A DNA stretch of 64,000 bases from Thermodesulfobacteriota bacterium (GTDB lineage Bacteria; Desulfobacterota; Desulfarculia; JACQYL01). Each line of letters starts with the position of its first letter. Positions within the stretch are counted from its first letter, which is position 1. Shown piece by piece: positions 52,478 through 62,222 of the stretch. A model generated the notes under the pieces. It saw only the letters and a list, made by a program, of their open reading frames with translations. It had not been told where the DNA came from and searched no databases. The stretch covers positions 3,296,001-3,360,000 of the forward strand of contig CAXXLZ010000002.1 in NCBI GenBank assembly GCA_963675595.2, given 5' to 3'. A program made the position numbers and the translations under genes.

Positions 52478-52996
52478 ATGAGAGCTTTCCCCTTCGCTTT
52501 CTTGGACGAAACGTTTTTTGGAACACGCCGCCGCAGCGGTGCGAGAGCCCGTTGGGAGTCCCGCGTTCTTCCTTGCTGGATTCTCCTTGTGTGCATCCTG
52601 TCGCTTACATGGCCGGCTGTCGCGTCGGCGGAATCTCCCTCGGGCAAGGACCAAGGGCCGCTTCCCAGCATCAGCGAAGACCGGGAGGAGCGGGCCGGGG
52701 TCCATCTGGAACGAGCGAAAGTACTCGAATCCTGGGAGATGTGGGAGAAAGCCCTAAGCCAATATCGAGTTGTACTGGAATTGTCCGGCGATGGGGCTCG
52801 GCGTGCGGACGCTCATTACGGAGAAGCTTTCTGCTTGTTCAGGTTGGGGCGGTATGAGGAGGCTTTGAAGTCTTTGGATGAAATCAGTCCCGAAGACGTG
52901 TCCGATCCTGCCATGATGGATGTGGTGGAGGATGCCCGAAAGACCATCCTACGAGCCCGGGAACAGGCCGGGCAAACTGAAAAGCCCGAAAAATGA
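52478..52996 (+). CDS. Tetratricopeptide-repeat protein, probably exported
   Basis: Hydrophobic segment then DAHYGEAFCLFRLGRYEEALKSL; start uncertain. Confidence 0.65.
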   Translation: MRAFPFAFLDETFFGTRRRSGARARWESRVLPCWILLVCILSLTWPAVASAESPSGKDQGPLPSISEDREERAGVHLERAKVLESWEMWEKALSQYRVVLELSGDGARRADAHYGEAFCLFRLGRYEEALKSLDEISPEDVSDPAMMDVVEDARKTILRAREQAGQTEKPEK

Positions 52997-53059
52997 GCGA
53001 GCCCGAGTAAGGTGTGCAATTCGCTGCTTATCCAGGATAAAGACGGTTATTTCAGCTAG

Positions 53060-53087
53060 TTGACAACCAAGGGGGTGTGGTTATTTT
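53060..53087 (+). promoter_or_regulatory. Putative Hsp20 promoter
   Basis: TTGACA-N16-TATTTT, 68-95 nt upstream of the ATG. Confidence 0.55.
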
Positions 53088-53154
53088 ATAGTCGTAAGGG
53101 GCCTCATGCGAGGCCGAAAAATGATAACGTTGCCTCTGAAAGGAGGGAGTGTGT

Positions 53155-53610
53155 ATGTTCAGCCTGATTCCCATTAGGAGGAAATCCATGCTTCCCGGAG
53201 TTTGGGGGCCTGGAGAAGGTCTATGGAATCGCTTCGAATCCTTGTTCGACGACCTGCCCATGATGGGGCCCGGCGAAAAGGGCTTTATGCCCAAACTGGA
53301 CGTGAGTGAGACGGAAGGGGAGGTCGTGGTAAGACTCGAAGCACCCGGTATGGAAGCCAAGGATTTCGAGGTTTCGTTGGAAAAGGGGAAGCTGTACCTC
53401 AGCGGGGAAAAGAAAGAAGTGCGTGAGGATGAGAAAGAAGATTACCACGTGAGGGAAACGCATTACGGCAGCTTCTGCAGAACGGTGGACATGCCGGCTG
53501 AAGTGGATACGGACAATGTGAATGCCGAGTACGTGGGCGGTGTGCTCAAAGTGACCATGAAGAAGACGGAAGAAGCCAAGCGAATGCGGAAACGGATCGA
53601 GATTCACTGA
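53155..53610 (+). CDS. Hsp20/alpha-crystallin small heat-shock protein
   Basis: PKLDVSET, EAPGM, YGSFCRTV, AEYVGGVLKV; AAGGAGG RBS. Confidence 0.93.
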   Translation: MFSLIPIRRKSMLPGVWGPGEGLWNRFESLFDDLPMMGPGEKGFMPKLDVSETEGEVVVRLEAPGMEAKDFEVSLEKGKLYLSGEKKEVREDEKEDYHVRETHYGSFCRTVDMPAEVDTDNVNAEYVGGVLKVTMKKTEEAKRMRKRIEIH

Positions 53611-53647
53611 CCCGCGGCAAAACTGGAAACCGAATAAACTCAAGAAA

Positions 53648-53686
53648 GGGGGGTGCCCACCGCAGGAGGGCGCCCCCCGAACTTTT
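53648..53686 (+). terminator. Probable terminator downstream of Hsp20
   Basis: GGGGGGTGCCC...GGGCGCCCCCC hairpin followed by a short T-run. Confidence 0.55.
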
Positions 53687-53824
53687 CGGCAAGAGGACGG
53701 ACGGGGGTGGGGGCGAGTGTTGTGCCGAGCTTTGTTGTCGGAGAGGGTCAAAACGACACGAAGGCACTCTTGGGGTTACATCCGGGGGAGAATGGAGCGT
53801 TCTCCCGGACATTTCCGCTTTTTT

Positions 53825-54960
53825 GCCGAGCTGGGGCTCGGCGTTCCCAGGGGGGCGAACCGTGAGGGTTTCCAACGCAAGTCGGTGAAGTTGGCCGATT
53901 CTATTGAGAGTCGGACTCTTTAGGACGATCCCGCCTGATTGGATCCCATTCGGCGCCCCGTACCTAGTCGCTTATCGTTTCGCCGGACTTCCGGTTTGAC
54001 GACTTTCAACACCCTCTTCTGGTCTTTGGGGAAGTCGTATTCCCGATCATGTCCCGGGAGCGCCGAGCCCCAGCTCGGCCCATTTGTCGAACCCAGCACT
54101 GGACCATGGCCACTGCTCCGGAAACCGGCAGAGTCCGGCGTTCACAGGGTTATTCATGGATATACGCCGCTACGGCATCCAGGTGCTGTTGATCTCGGAT
54201 ATAGCGATCCCAGTAGTCCCGCATCCAAAGGTTCTTCCCTGGAATGCCGAGCCCCAACCGGGAATTGTGTGCCAAAGCCCAACGACCGGTAAACGACTTC
54301 CAAGATTGCACAATTTTGGACAAGGACGCGGAAGGCTCGATGAGCACATGCATGTGATTGGGCATGACACACCATGCCACAAGCCGGTAACGATTTTCGT
54401 GGAATCTGAGCAGGGTTTCCTGCATCAATGCGGCCAAGCGCCCATGTCTTAGGGCGCAGCACCCCATCCCCGCGTCCAACCAGGCCTCGATGGTGCGTCG
54501 CTTCTCACCCTCTCGTCGGGTCCTCGGCACGGAGGCAAGCTCTTGTTCCAAGCAGTGCAGCTTTTCTTGAGGCACTGAGTCGGCCAAACGGAACGTAATC
54601 GATTGAAGGATCCCGAAGGAATCAAAGTGCGGCAAATATCCACGATGATACCAGCCCACGGATGAGGGGCCGGGAGAATCGAGGGTTTCGTCGGGTTTCT
54701 CCGCTGCGTTGCCGAGCTGGGGCTCGGCGTTCCGAGGGGGGCACTTCATTATGGCTGGATTCTCCGGCCCGCAAGTTTGCGGCCCCCTCTGTGTTCAGGC
54801 ATGCGTGAAGCATCTCCCTTCGTGCAAGCGTAAGGAAGTCCGCCGTGTCGGCTCGTCAAACCACCGGCCGTTGTTCCCCAAGTCGTTTGCCTGCAGGTGC
54901 CTGTTGTCGGCGAGGTCATGCTCGCGATGAGTTCCTGAGAGCGCCGAGCCCCGGCTCGGC
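53825..54960. repeat. REP-like palindrome cluster, consensus GG(A/G)A(A/G)CGCCGAGCCCCAGCTCGGC
   Basis: Copies at 53825-53850 (-), 54054-54079 (+), 54239-54262 (+, degenerate), 54711-54734 (-), 54934-54960 (+). Confidence 0.85.
54047..54749 (-). mobile_element. REP-associated tyrosine transposase (RAYT, Y1 HUH), frameshifted near the C-terminus
   Basis: RGYLPHF, ITFRLADS, VMPNHMHVL (HUH), SWKSFT, DYWDRYIRD, YIHE; NPVNAGL...WPWSS follows in the +1 frame after an extra base near 54152. Confidence 0.85.
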
Positions 54961-54980
54961 CTCACGGTGTGCCCATGTTG

Positions 54981-55391
54981 TCAAAGCTCGGCTTTGATCT
55001 TCTCCGCGTTCTTGCGGATTTCCTCCATATCTCCCTCAACGGGCGTCCATTTGGACACGGTGAGCCCGTCTTCCTCCCAACGCGGAACCAGATGCATGTG
55101 CAGATGGAACACCGCCTGATTGGCGGCTGCGCCGTTCAATTGGAGCACGTTCATGCCGTCCGGGTTGAAGCTTTTCCGTACGGCCCCGGCCAACCGATGG
55201 ATGGCCGAAGCCACGGCCGCATAGGTTTCAGCGTCGATATCCAGGATGCTTTCGAAATGCTTTTTGGGCACCACGAGGAGGTGCCCGGGATTCATGGGTT
55301 GAATGTCCAGGAATCCGAGGACCTGTTCATTTTCATACACCTTGAAACAGGGTATTTCTCCGGCCACGATTTTGCAGAAGATGCAGTCCAT
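54981..55391 (-). CDS. HIT-family hydrolase
   Basis: MDCIFCKIVAGEIP, GHLLVVPKKH, QAVFHLHMHLVPR. Confidence 0.95.
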   Translation of the reverse strand: MDCIFCKIVAGEIPCFKVYENEQVLGFLDIQPMNPGHLLVVPKKHFESILDIDAETYAAVASAIHRLAGAVRKSFNPDGMNVLQLNGAAANQAVFHLHMHLVPRWEEDGLTVSKWTPVEGDMEEIRKNAEKIKAEL

Positions 55392-55482
55392 GGGTCTTCC
55401 TTTCCTTGAAGGTTCACGGGACGTTGAGTCCGGGCGCCCGCCTTACGGCCCGATCAAGAGCGGAACCGCCGGCAGGGAATTA

Positions 55483-57369
55483 TCATCGGGGCGCGGACGC
55501 TTCGGGCGTGCGGAGAAGAGCGGCATCTCGTGCTGCGCCTTTGGCCGCCCAAGACTCCGGAATGAATTTCCAGTGCCCGATGGGCGCGGTGGTCACTTGT
55601 TTCCGTTCCCGAAGGTATTCTTCCATCAGCCGCCTCAGATTTTTCCGAGACACGGCCAAACGTCGCTCCCGCAAGGCGGCGGGGGACAGGCGGATGCCGT
55701 AGGTGAGATGCCCTCCTCCGCCTTCCCCCCGATAGGAATTGACCGCCGCCAGGTAGTCGTGCCTGAAGTGAAAGGGCTCGCCCGCATCCACATGGCCGTC
55801 CAGGTTGCGATCCATTCCGAGTATGTTCACGCGTTTCCCCGGAGGGCGGCTTACGTCCACCGTATACACGATGCCGGCGGCGGAGCTGTAATGGTAGTAT
55901 CTGGTTGCCGGGATGGGGTGTTCCGAGGTTTCCGAATCCGGTTTGAACAGAAGCAGGTGATCTTGTTCGTCCCGCATTCGGCCGGCCCAGCCTTTGTAGG
56001 AGTACTCCAGATAATCGCGGATTTCTTTTCCGGAGAGCCTGACCAGATATAGGTAATTCTCGAAACGAAAAAGACTGAACAGGTCGCGGATACGGATGGG
56101 ACCGGCTTCAATGGAACGATTATGGTACTGAGGAGCGGCGAAGGACACATCCGCGGGTCCACCGGGCAGTCCACCGGAGGCGTGGAGCTGGAATCGGTGA
56201 ATCAGGTCCGTATAGGCCGAGTCTCCGAACAAGGCGTCTCGGGTTTCAATGGTTCGGGACAAAGTGCCCACGGGTTGGGAGAGGTATTCTTTGGTTTCCC
56301 GGTAAGGTCGGCTGAAACGTGCCATGAATTCGGGGTCCGGTCGGAAAAGGAAGGTCGGAACCGGTTCGCCTCTGGTTTCGATTTCCCAAGCGTTTTGGGT
56401 CCCGGACCTTCGAGCCGTGATGTGGGCCACGGCCAGAGCCTCGGCTTGTTTGCCGCCTCCGAGAATCAACACGTCGTTGACTCGTGTGTTGCGCCGCCGA
56501 TGATCGTGGCCTGTGAAGATGACGTTAAACCCCGGCACTTTTTCGGCCACCAACTGAGCCGCGTCGGGGTTGTCGCGCGTGTTTGCGTCGGCGCCGCCGT
56601 GGGTGTAATCCGTGCCCGAGTGGAAAAGGCCCACCAATACCGCGGGGTGTTCCTTTTTTTGAATGTGTGAAACCCATTTTTCAGCGGATTGGACCATGTC
56701 GGCGAAGACAAGCCCTTGTTGAGCTTCTTCCGGAACCCAACGGGGCATGCCGGGGGTGCCCATTCCCAGTACCGCAATCTTGACTCCCTGTTTGTCGAAC
56801 ACCTGATAAGGTTGGAAATAGGGAGCTCCCGTATCGGCATCCAGGATGTTGCAGGCCAGCCAGGGAAACCGGAACTGCCGGGCTGTGGGGCGATACACCT
56901 CGGGTCCCGCTTCAATGTCGCGATCGCCGGGAACCCCGGCGTCGTATCCCAAATGGTTCATGACTTGGGCCGCCACATGAGTATAACGGTCGGGAGTCTT
57001 CACCGTATTGTAGTAGGCTACGATGGGACTGCCGCGCAGGATGTCTCCTCCGTCGAGCAGAAGGAAATTTTGAGTTTCGGCTCTTTGCTTCTTGATGTAG
57101 GCGGCCGCGTGCGCCAATGAATGATTGGTTTCCCTGTCCCCGGCAAAATCATAGGGAAAGATTTGTCCGAGAACGTCGGTGGTCGCCGCGATGGTGATTT
57201 CGACCGTTGCGCCTTCGGAGGAGCCGGCGGAATGGGATGGTGAGAGAAGAAAACAGAGTAAGAGAACGGACAGGAAGGCGATCAGGCGCGGTGAAACCCC
57301 TCCACGAGGGAAGCGCGCCCCGGCTTCGCCTTGTGGAGGGAGTTCGCGCACATGGACGATTCTTTGCAT
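55483..57369 (-). CDS. CpdB/5'-nucleotidase-family protein with altered metal-binding motifs
   Basis: Two-domain architecture: DGGD, FPWLACN, GLFHSG, TGHDH, FENYLY, AVNSYRGEGGG; motifs I and III read TTDVLG and GDRD. Confidence 0.85.
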   Translation of the reverse strand: MQRIVHVRELPPQGEAGARFPRGGVSPRLIAFLSVLLLCFLLSPSHSAGSSEGATVEITIAATTDVLGQIFPYDFAGDRETNHSLAHAAAYIKKQRAETQNFLLLDGGDILRGSPIVAYYNTVKTPDRYTHVAAQVMNHLGYDAGVPGDRDIEAGPEVYRPTARQFRFPWLACNILDADTGAPYFQPYQVFDKQGVKIAVLGMGTPGMPRWVPEEAQQGLVFADMVQSAEKWVSHIQKKEHPAVLVGLFHSGTDYTHGGADANTRDNPDAAQLVAEKVPGFNVIFTGHDHRRRNTRVNDVLILGGGKQAEALAVAHITARRSGTQNAWEIETRGEPVPTFLFRPDPEFMARFSRPYRETKEYLSQPVGTLSRTIETRDALFGDSAYTDLIHRFQLHASGGLPGGPADVSFAAPQYHNRSIEAGPIRIRDLFSLFRFENYLYLVRLSGKEIRDYLEYSYKGWAGRMRDEQDHLLLFKPDSETSEHPIPATRYYHYSSAAGIVYTVDVSRPPGKRVNILGMDRNLDGHVDAGEPFHFRHDYLAAVNSYRGEGGGGHLTYGIRLSPAALRERRLAVSRKNLRRLMEEYLRERKQVTTAPIGHWKFIPESWAAKGAARDAALLRTPEASAPR

Positions 57370-57403
57370 GCGCGGACCTTCGATGAAAGCAGGCAGACGG
57401 ACG

Positions 57404-58738
57404 TCAGGTCATGGCCGGGAACTGGAACAAGAGTTCCACGTTGCGATCCTCGGGGGAACCTTCGCCGTCCATACTTTCGTCCGCGGCGGAATCGTAGGAA
57501 GCCGAGGCGTTCTCTCCCAGTTGTCCGGTCCCCTGCTGGTTAAAGACATAAGTGAAAATCGACCCTGTTCCGTCTCCGTTATTGCGGATTTCGAAAATAC
57601 GAGCTTCCTGTGGAAAATCGATGAGCGAGGCGGTCTGTATGTTCCAGAATCCCTTATCCGGCGTACCGGATACGGCAAAGGATCGGATTCGATTGAAATG
57701 GTCGTGGCCGCTGACCACGGCAATCACCTGGGGATGGTCGTAGAGGATTGCCACAAAGTCGTCGCGGCCGTGTTCAATATCGTTTACCCGATGGTGAGAG
57801 ACGACAATGGCCAGGGAGTCGGGATGCTCGCCCAAATCGGCTGCCAGCCAAGACCGCTGGTCTTCGTCCAGGTAACCGAGAGCGCTGCCGTCCGGATGTG
57901 TGCTGTCGAGAACGTAAAAACGGATTCCGGGCTGGACCAGTTCCTCGGATGCGTTTCTTAAGGGTGCTAAAGGACTGAAGGCGTAGAAGCCGCGGACACT
58001 GCCGGGGTCACCGTTGTATTCGGGACCGAAATCGAAACCCATGGCGGCCGAGCCGAATGCGAGCAACGTGGGCGCGTGGGTGCGAGTGAAATGCTCAGTG
58101 ATGAATTGGCCCTTGTCCACGAAGTCCAGGTCCGAGACTTTTTCCGCCGTATCCGGAGGGATGTTGCCCAGAGCGAGAACGTCATGGTTTCCAATGGCCT
58201 GAACCCAAGGCAGGGGGGATTGGTTGATTTCCGTGAGAAAGGAGACCAATTCTTGGAAGGTCCCCGCGTCCAGGGCGTCTCCGTTGTGAACGATCAGGTC
58301 GAGGGGCGGGTCCACGGCGGCCATGGTTTTGACGATGGCCTGGAGCACGTCCACGTCGTACCGCTCCTGCGGGTCGGGACGGTCCAGTCCGCCGAATCCG
58401 ATGTTGTTCCCGAAGGAGTCCAGCAAACCTTCGAGAAAGACGTTGCCCGTCACACTGAAATCGTCCTGACTGATGTGGGTGTCCGTGATCTGGCCGAAGG
58501 AAATGAGTTGGGTCGCCGGGCCGATGGGACCCTCGGCGCTTGGGGCCGCTCCCAAATCATTGCGCAGCAGGAATTCGGCGGGACGCGGCGGAGGACCGGC
58601 CGAGCCCTCCGCGGAAACCGGGAATTCACCGACGTTCCCCGCGCTGCTCTCACTTCCGCAACCGGTCAGGGCGAGACTGCGTCCGGCGAGAACCGCCGCG
58701 CCGCACATCTTGAGAAAGTTGCGCCTGTTCAGCGTCAT
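57404..58738 (-). CDS. Tat-exported lipoprotein metallophosphoesterase
   Basis: NRRNFLK twin-Arg, lipobox LTGC; ITDTH, NGD, GNHD, SHH, SGHDH. Confidence 0.88.
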   Translation of the reverse strand: MTLNRRNFLKMCGAAVLAGRSLALTGCGSESSAGNVGEFPVSAEGSAGPPPRPAEFLLRNDLGAAPSAEGPIGPATQLISFGQITDTHISQDDFSVTGNVFLEGLLDSFGNNIGFGGLDRPDPQERYDVDVLQAIVKTMAAVDPPLDLIVHNGDALDAGTFQELVSFLTEINQSPLPWVQAIGNHDVLALGNIPPDTAEKVSDLDFVDKGQFITEHFTRTHAPTLLAFGSAAMGFDFGPEYNGDPGSVRGFYAFSPLAPLRNASEELVQPGIRFYVLDSTHPDGSALGYLDEDQRSWLAADLGEHPDSLAIVVSHHRVNDIEHGRDDFVAILYDHPQVIAVVSGHDHFNRIRSFAVSGTPDKGFWNIQTASLIDFPQEARIFEIRNNGDGTGSIFTYVFNQQGTGQLGENASASYDSAADESMDGEGSPEDRNVELLFQFPAMT

Positions 58739-59002
58739 GACGCGTTCCTCCATTCAAGTAAGGGGACAGGAAGTGAAGCCACGGCGGAAGCCCGTTCGTT
58801 CCGACGTTACCGCGTCGGAATGGTGGCAGATTCCCTGGTTCGTGTCAACAGTGGAATGGCCGGGGATCCTGTCCCGGAGCGGATTCGCCGGGGATTTCCC
58901 TTGCCCGTGAGAATCGCTTCGTCCATAATGGCCTGTAATGTTACGGACGGCTCTTTGCGCCGTTCCTTTCCCATTCCCAATGCTTTGCCGGAGGCTCGGT
59001 GA

Positions 59003-60193
59003 ATGAAAAAAACTTGGTTGATGCTTTTTTGTTGTATGGTTCTGGCGACGAGTTCCGCGCACGCCACTTTGGATGGAATTTGGAAAGATGCACCCCAACA
59101 GGCTGAGGAAACTCAGATTTCCTTGTATATCCAGACCACTACGGAAGGTTCCATGCTGGTGGTTCTGCTGGATATGTCGGAACTTCTCGGCCCGCCGCGA
59201 TTTCTGATTTTTCTGGACCCGGATTATTCCGACGGAGTGGAAGCCGCCGAAATGGGAGGGTCGGGCCTAACATTGACCATGACGAACTTTGTGGGTGAGG
59301 AGTCCGCGGATGCGACTCTGTCATTGGACGTGATGGAACTCAGCTTCCCGGTGTTTAAATGGTTTCAGGCACCGGATCCGGCAACCGAGTATATGAACGG
59401 AATTTTCAAGGACCAACCTTTGGGAGAGGCGTCCGATTTCTCGGTTTTCGTTCAAACCTATTACGGAGTGGAGCCGAGATCGGCGCTGGCGGTGCTGACC
59501 GCCGACGGCGGCGGGTCCTACTATGCCTTCTTGGATCCGGATATTGACGACGGCGGATTTGAAGCGGATGATCTGTTCGAGTCCGGCGCTCATCTTTCCC
59601 TGGAGGTCTACGAGGTGACGATTCAAGGGGAGATGACGGCTCAGGCCGTGGGCGTGACCGACGGCGAATACTCGTTCACCGCGCCCGAAGGTGATCCCGT
59701 TTCCGGAGATCTGTACCAATGGTTTTCCGCCCCCAATGAATTCAGCTTATCAAGCCCGGCCTTCAGCAACGGAAACCTGATTCCCGTCAAGTACACCGCC
59801 GATGGAGACGGAGTGTCTCCTCCCTTGACCTGGGCGGACGCGCCTCCGGGCACGGAAAGTTACGTGGTGCTTATCGAGGACCTTACGGCGAGTGATTTCC
59901 TGCATTGGCTGGTGTACGATCTTTCGGCGGACACGCTGAGCCTTGAAGAGGGCGCGGACCAGGACCCTCCGGGTCCCGCCAAACAGGGAGTGAACTCGGC
60001 GTCCGCTCAGGGTTATGCTCCCATGGATCCACCCGTCCAGAGTGGAGTGCATCAGTACTTCTTCCGAGTTTACGCGCTGGACGAGACCGCGCTGGACATT
60101 ACCGGAACCCCCACGAGGTCCGTGGTGGAAAACGCCATGCAGGGCCACATCCTGGGCGAAGCCTCCTTTTTCGGTACCTACGTGAGGAACTGA
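59003..60193 (+). CDS. Secreted protein with two tandem unknown domains and a C-terminal YbhB/YbcL (PEBP) domain
   Basis: Signal peptide AHA; LSSPAF, YTADGDGVSPPLTW, FLHW, GVHQYFFRVYALD. Confidence 0.82.
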   Translation: MKKTWLMLFCCMVLATSSAHATLDGIWKDAPQQAEETQISLYIQTTTEGSMLVVLLDMSELLGPPRFLIFLDPDYSDGVEAAEMGGSGLTLTMTNFVGEESADATLSLDVMELSFPVFKWFQAPDPATEYMNGIFKDQPLGEASDFSVFVQTYYGVEPRSALAVLTADGGGSYYAFLDPDIDDGGFEADDLFESGAHLSLEVYEVTIQGEMTAQAVGVTDGEYSFTAPEGDPVSGDLYQWFSAPNEFSLSSPAFSNGNLIPVKYTADGDGVSPPLTWADAPPGTESYVVLIEDLTASDFLHWLVYDLSADTLSLEEGADQDPPGPAKQGVNSASAQGYAPMDPPVQSGVHQYFFRVYALDETALDITGTPTRSVVENAMQGHILGEASFFGTYVRN

Positions 60194-60234
60194 AACGAGT
60201 CGGCGGCTTGGCTCCGAAAAAGTGAAGGATCACC

Positions 60235-60591
60235 ATGAAACGAAAATTTGTTTCCCCCATCGCCAGCGCCATCCTGCTCCCCGGTACGGGGCAGCTATTG
60301 AACCGTCAGCCGCTGAAAGCGCTGGCGCTGATCGGTTGCGTCACCGTGCTTTTTCTGGCTATTTTGTTCAAGTTTCTTTCCGACTTGAACAAGGCCCTTC
60401 AAACACTCACCGCGGAAGGCCTGGACGGCCCCACATATAAGGATCTCACCCGCATTATGGGAGAGGGGGATCACACGTTGCTTGCCGTTCTGATTCTTGT
60501 TTTCGTGGGAGTCTGGGCATTTTCGGTTGTGGATGCGTATATTTACGGTAAGAGATTGGACGTGAAGGAAAATGAGACAACTGCTGTATGA
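60235..60591 (+). CDS. Small membrane protein
   Basis: SAILLPGTGQL, two TM helices, WAFSVVDAY; AAGGA RBS. Confidence 0.7.
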   Translation: MKRKFVSPIASAILLPGTGQLLNRQPLKALALIGCVTVLFLAILFKFLSDLNKALQTLTAEGLDGPTYKDLTRIMGEGDHTLLAVLILVFVGVWAFSVVDAYIYGKRLDVKENETTAV

Positions 60592-60904
60592 TGAGATATC
60601 CGTTTCGGACATGGAAAAAGTCCGCGCTCACTTGGCGGAGCACGCCATGCCGGGACCTATTAACGACATCTATTTTGTTGAGTTCCCCGAAGATTTGCTT
60701 GAGGGGGATCAACGGACTCATGAGGCTTGTGCGCCTTTCGTTTTTGCCATCGAAACGGGACAGAATTGGTTCAAGACCGAGTTATTGGTGCGCAGCAGGA
60801 ACACCCTGCGCTGTTCGTGCGTTCAATATGCCGGTAAGGAACAGACGGATTTCATCTTTCGGTTCAACGAAAGGCTGATCGAGCAGTGCGGGATCATGAC
60901 CTGA
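60572..60904 (+). CDS. Hypothetical protein
   Basis: 110-aa ORF overlapping the upstream gene; ELLVRSRNTLRCSC. Confidence 0.65.
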   Translation: MRQLLYDEISVSDMEKVRAHLAEHAMPGPINDIYFVEFPEDLLEGDQRTHEACAPFVFAIETGQNWFKTELLVRSRNTLRCSCVQYAGKEQTDFIFRFNERLIEQCGIMT

Positions 60905-60930
60905 CGTCCCGTCTCGGTTTGGAGCATGGA

Positions 60931-61926
60931 TTGAATTGGAGTTCTCTCTACGACGGCGATCCCCGGCGGATCAACTATCTCCGGGTTTCGGTGACGGACC
61001 GCTGTAACCTGCGCTGCCGTTACTGTATGGGGGAGGAAGGCATTCGGCTGATTCCCCATGGTGAGGTTTTGACCTACGAGGAGCTGCTTCGGGTCATTCG
61101 GCTCGCCTCGGAGCGAGGCATCCGCAAAGTCCGCATCACGGGCGGAGAACCTCTGGTGCGCAAGGGGCTATGTGAGTTCATCCGCACGGTCAACGGGCTT
61201 CCCGGAATCCGTGAGACGGCCCTCACCACCAACGGAGTCCTTCTGGGGGAGTTCGCGGAAGAGCTTTTTTCGAGCGGGGTCCGGCACATCAATGTCAGCA
61301 TGGACAGTTTGAAGCCGGAATGCTTTGAATCGATTACCGGCAGGCCTCATTTTGAGAAGGTCTGGAATGGAATCCGGGAAGCGGAACGGCTGGGGTTTGA
61401 TCCCATCAAATTGAATATGGTGGTGATTCGGGGCTGGAACGACGACGAGGTCGTGGAGTTCGCCCGTTTGACCTACTCGAAACCCTACCATGTGCGTTTT
61501 ATCGAATTCATGCCCTTGGGGGACCCCGCCAAATGGAAAGAGGAATTGGTGGTTGGAACGGATGATATCCGGGGGCGGATTCAAGAGCTGGGACCCTTGG
61601 AGCCGATACACCGGAGCGTCACCAGCGGCCCGGCTTCCACTTTCCGGCTGAAAGGAGCGCGAGGTCGTATCGGGTTCATTTCAGCGGTCAGTCACCAGTT
61701 CTGTTCCACCTGCAACCGGCTGCGCCTCACGGCTGAGGGAAGACTTCGAACCTGCCTGTTTTCCGACATGGAAACCGATTTGAAATCCCCCATGAGAAAC
61801 GGCATATCCGATGAAGGCCTTCTGGGTATCATGGATCAGGCGGTTCGGGACAAGCCTCGCGGCCATCTTCTCGAAGCGGATCGCAGACCGGATCTGAATC
61901 GCCGCATGTGGGGCATCGGGGGATAA
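60931..61926 (+). CDS. moaA: GTP 3',8-cyclase MoaA
   Basis: YLRVSVTDRCNLRCRYC, RFIEFMP, FCSTCNRLRLT...CL, C-terminal IGG; start approximate. Confidence 0.96.
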   Translation: MNWSSLYDGDPRRINYLRVSVTDRCNLRCRYCMGEEGIRLIPHGEVLTYEELLRVIRLASERGIRKVRITGGEPLVRKGLCEFIRTVNGLPGIRETALTTNGVLLGEFAEELFSSGVRHINVSMDSLKPECFESITGRPHFEKVWNGIREAERLGFDPIKLNMVVIRGWNDDEVVEFARLTYSKPYHVRFIEFMPLGDPAKWKEELVVGTDDIRGRIQELGPLEPIHRSVTSGPASTFRLKGARGRIGFISAVSHQFCSTCNRLRLTAEGRLRTCLFSDMETDLKSPMRNGISDEGLLGIMDQAVRDKPRGHLLEADRRPDLNRRMWGIGG

Positions 61927-62222
61927 ACAGCGGCGAGCAAAGGCATCCGCCCGGAGGAGCCCGCCCGGCCTTTTTCAGCGGATCTCTCCGTTCATGCACC
62001 TGTCGGCCGGATTCTCCCGGGAACTCTCCGGCGTCCCAGGGACAGGCCGAAGCGGTACGCTGTTGAGGGATCATCAGAGTGATATTCCCTTGAGGCGATT
62101 CCATACGGATACGTACGGTTCCTTGGATACTTCGTCTCCTTCCGCTCATCATCCTTTGGAGACTCGTCCGCAACCCGTTTTTTTCATCGGACGGTCGACT
62201 CGAATTATCAGGGCTCTCGATC

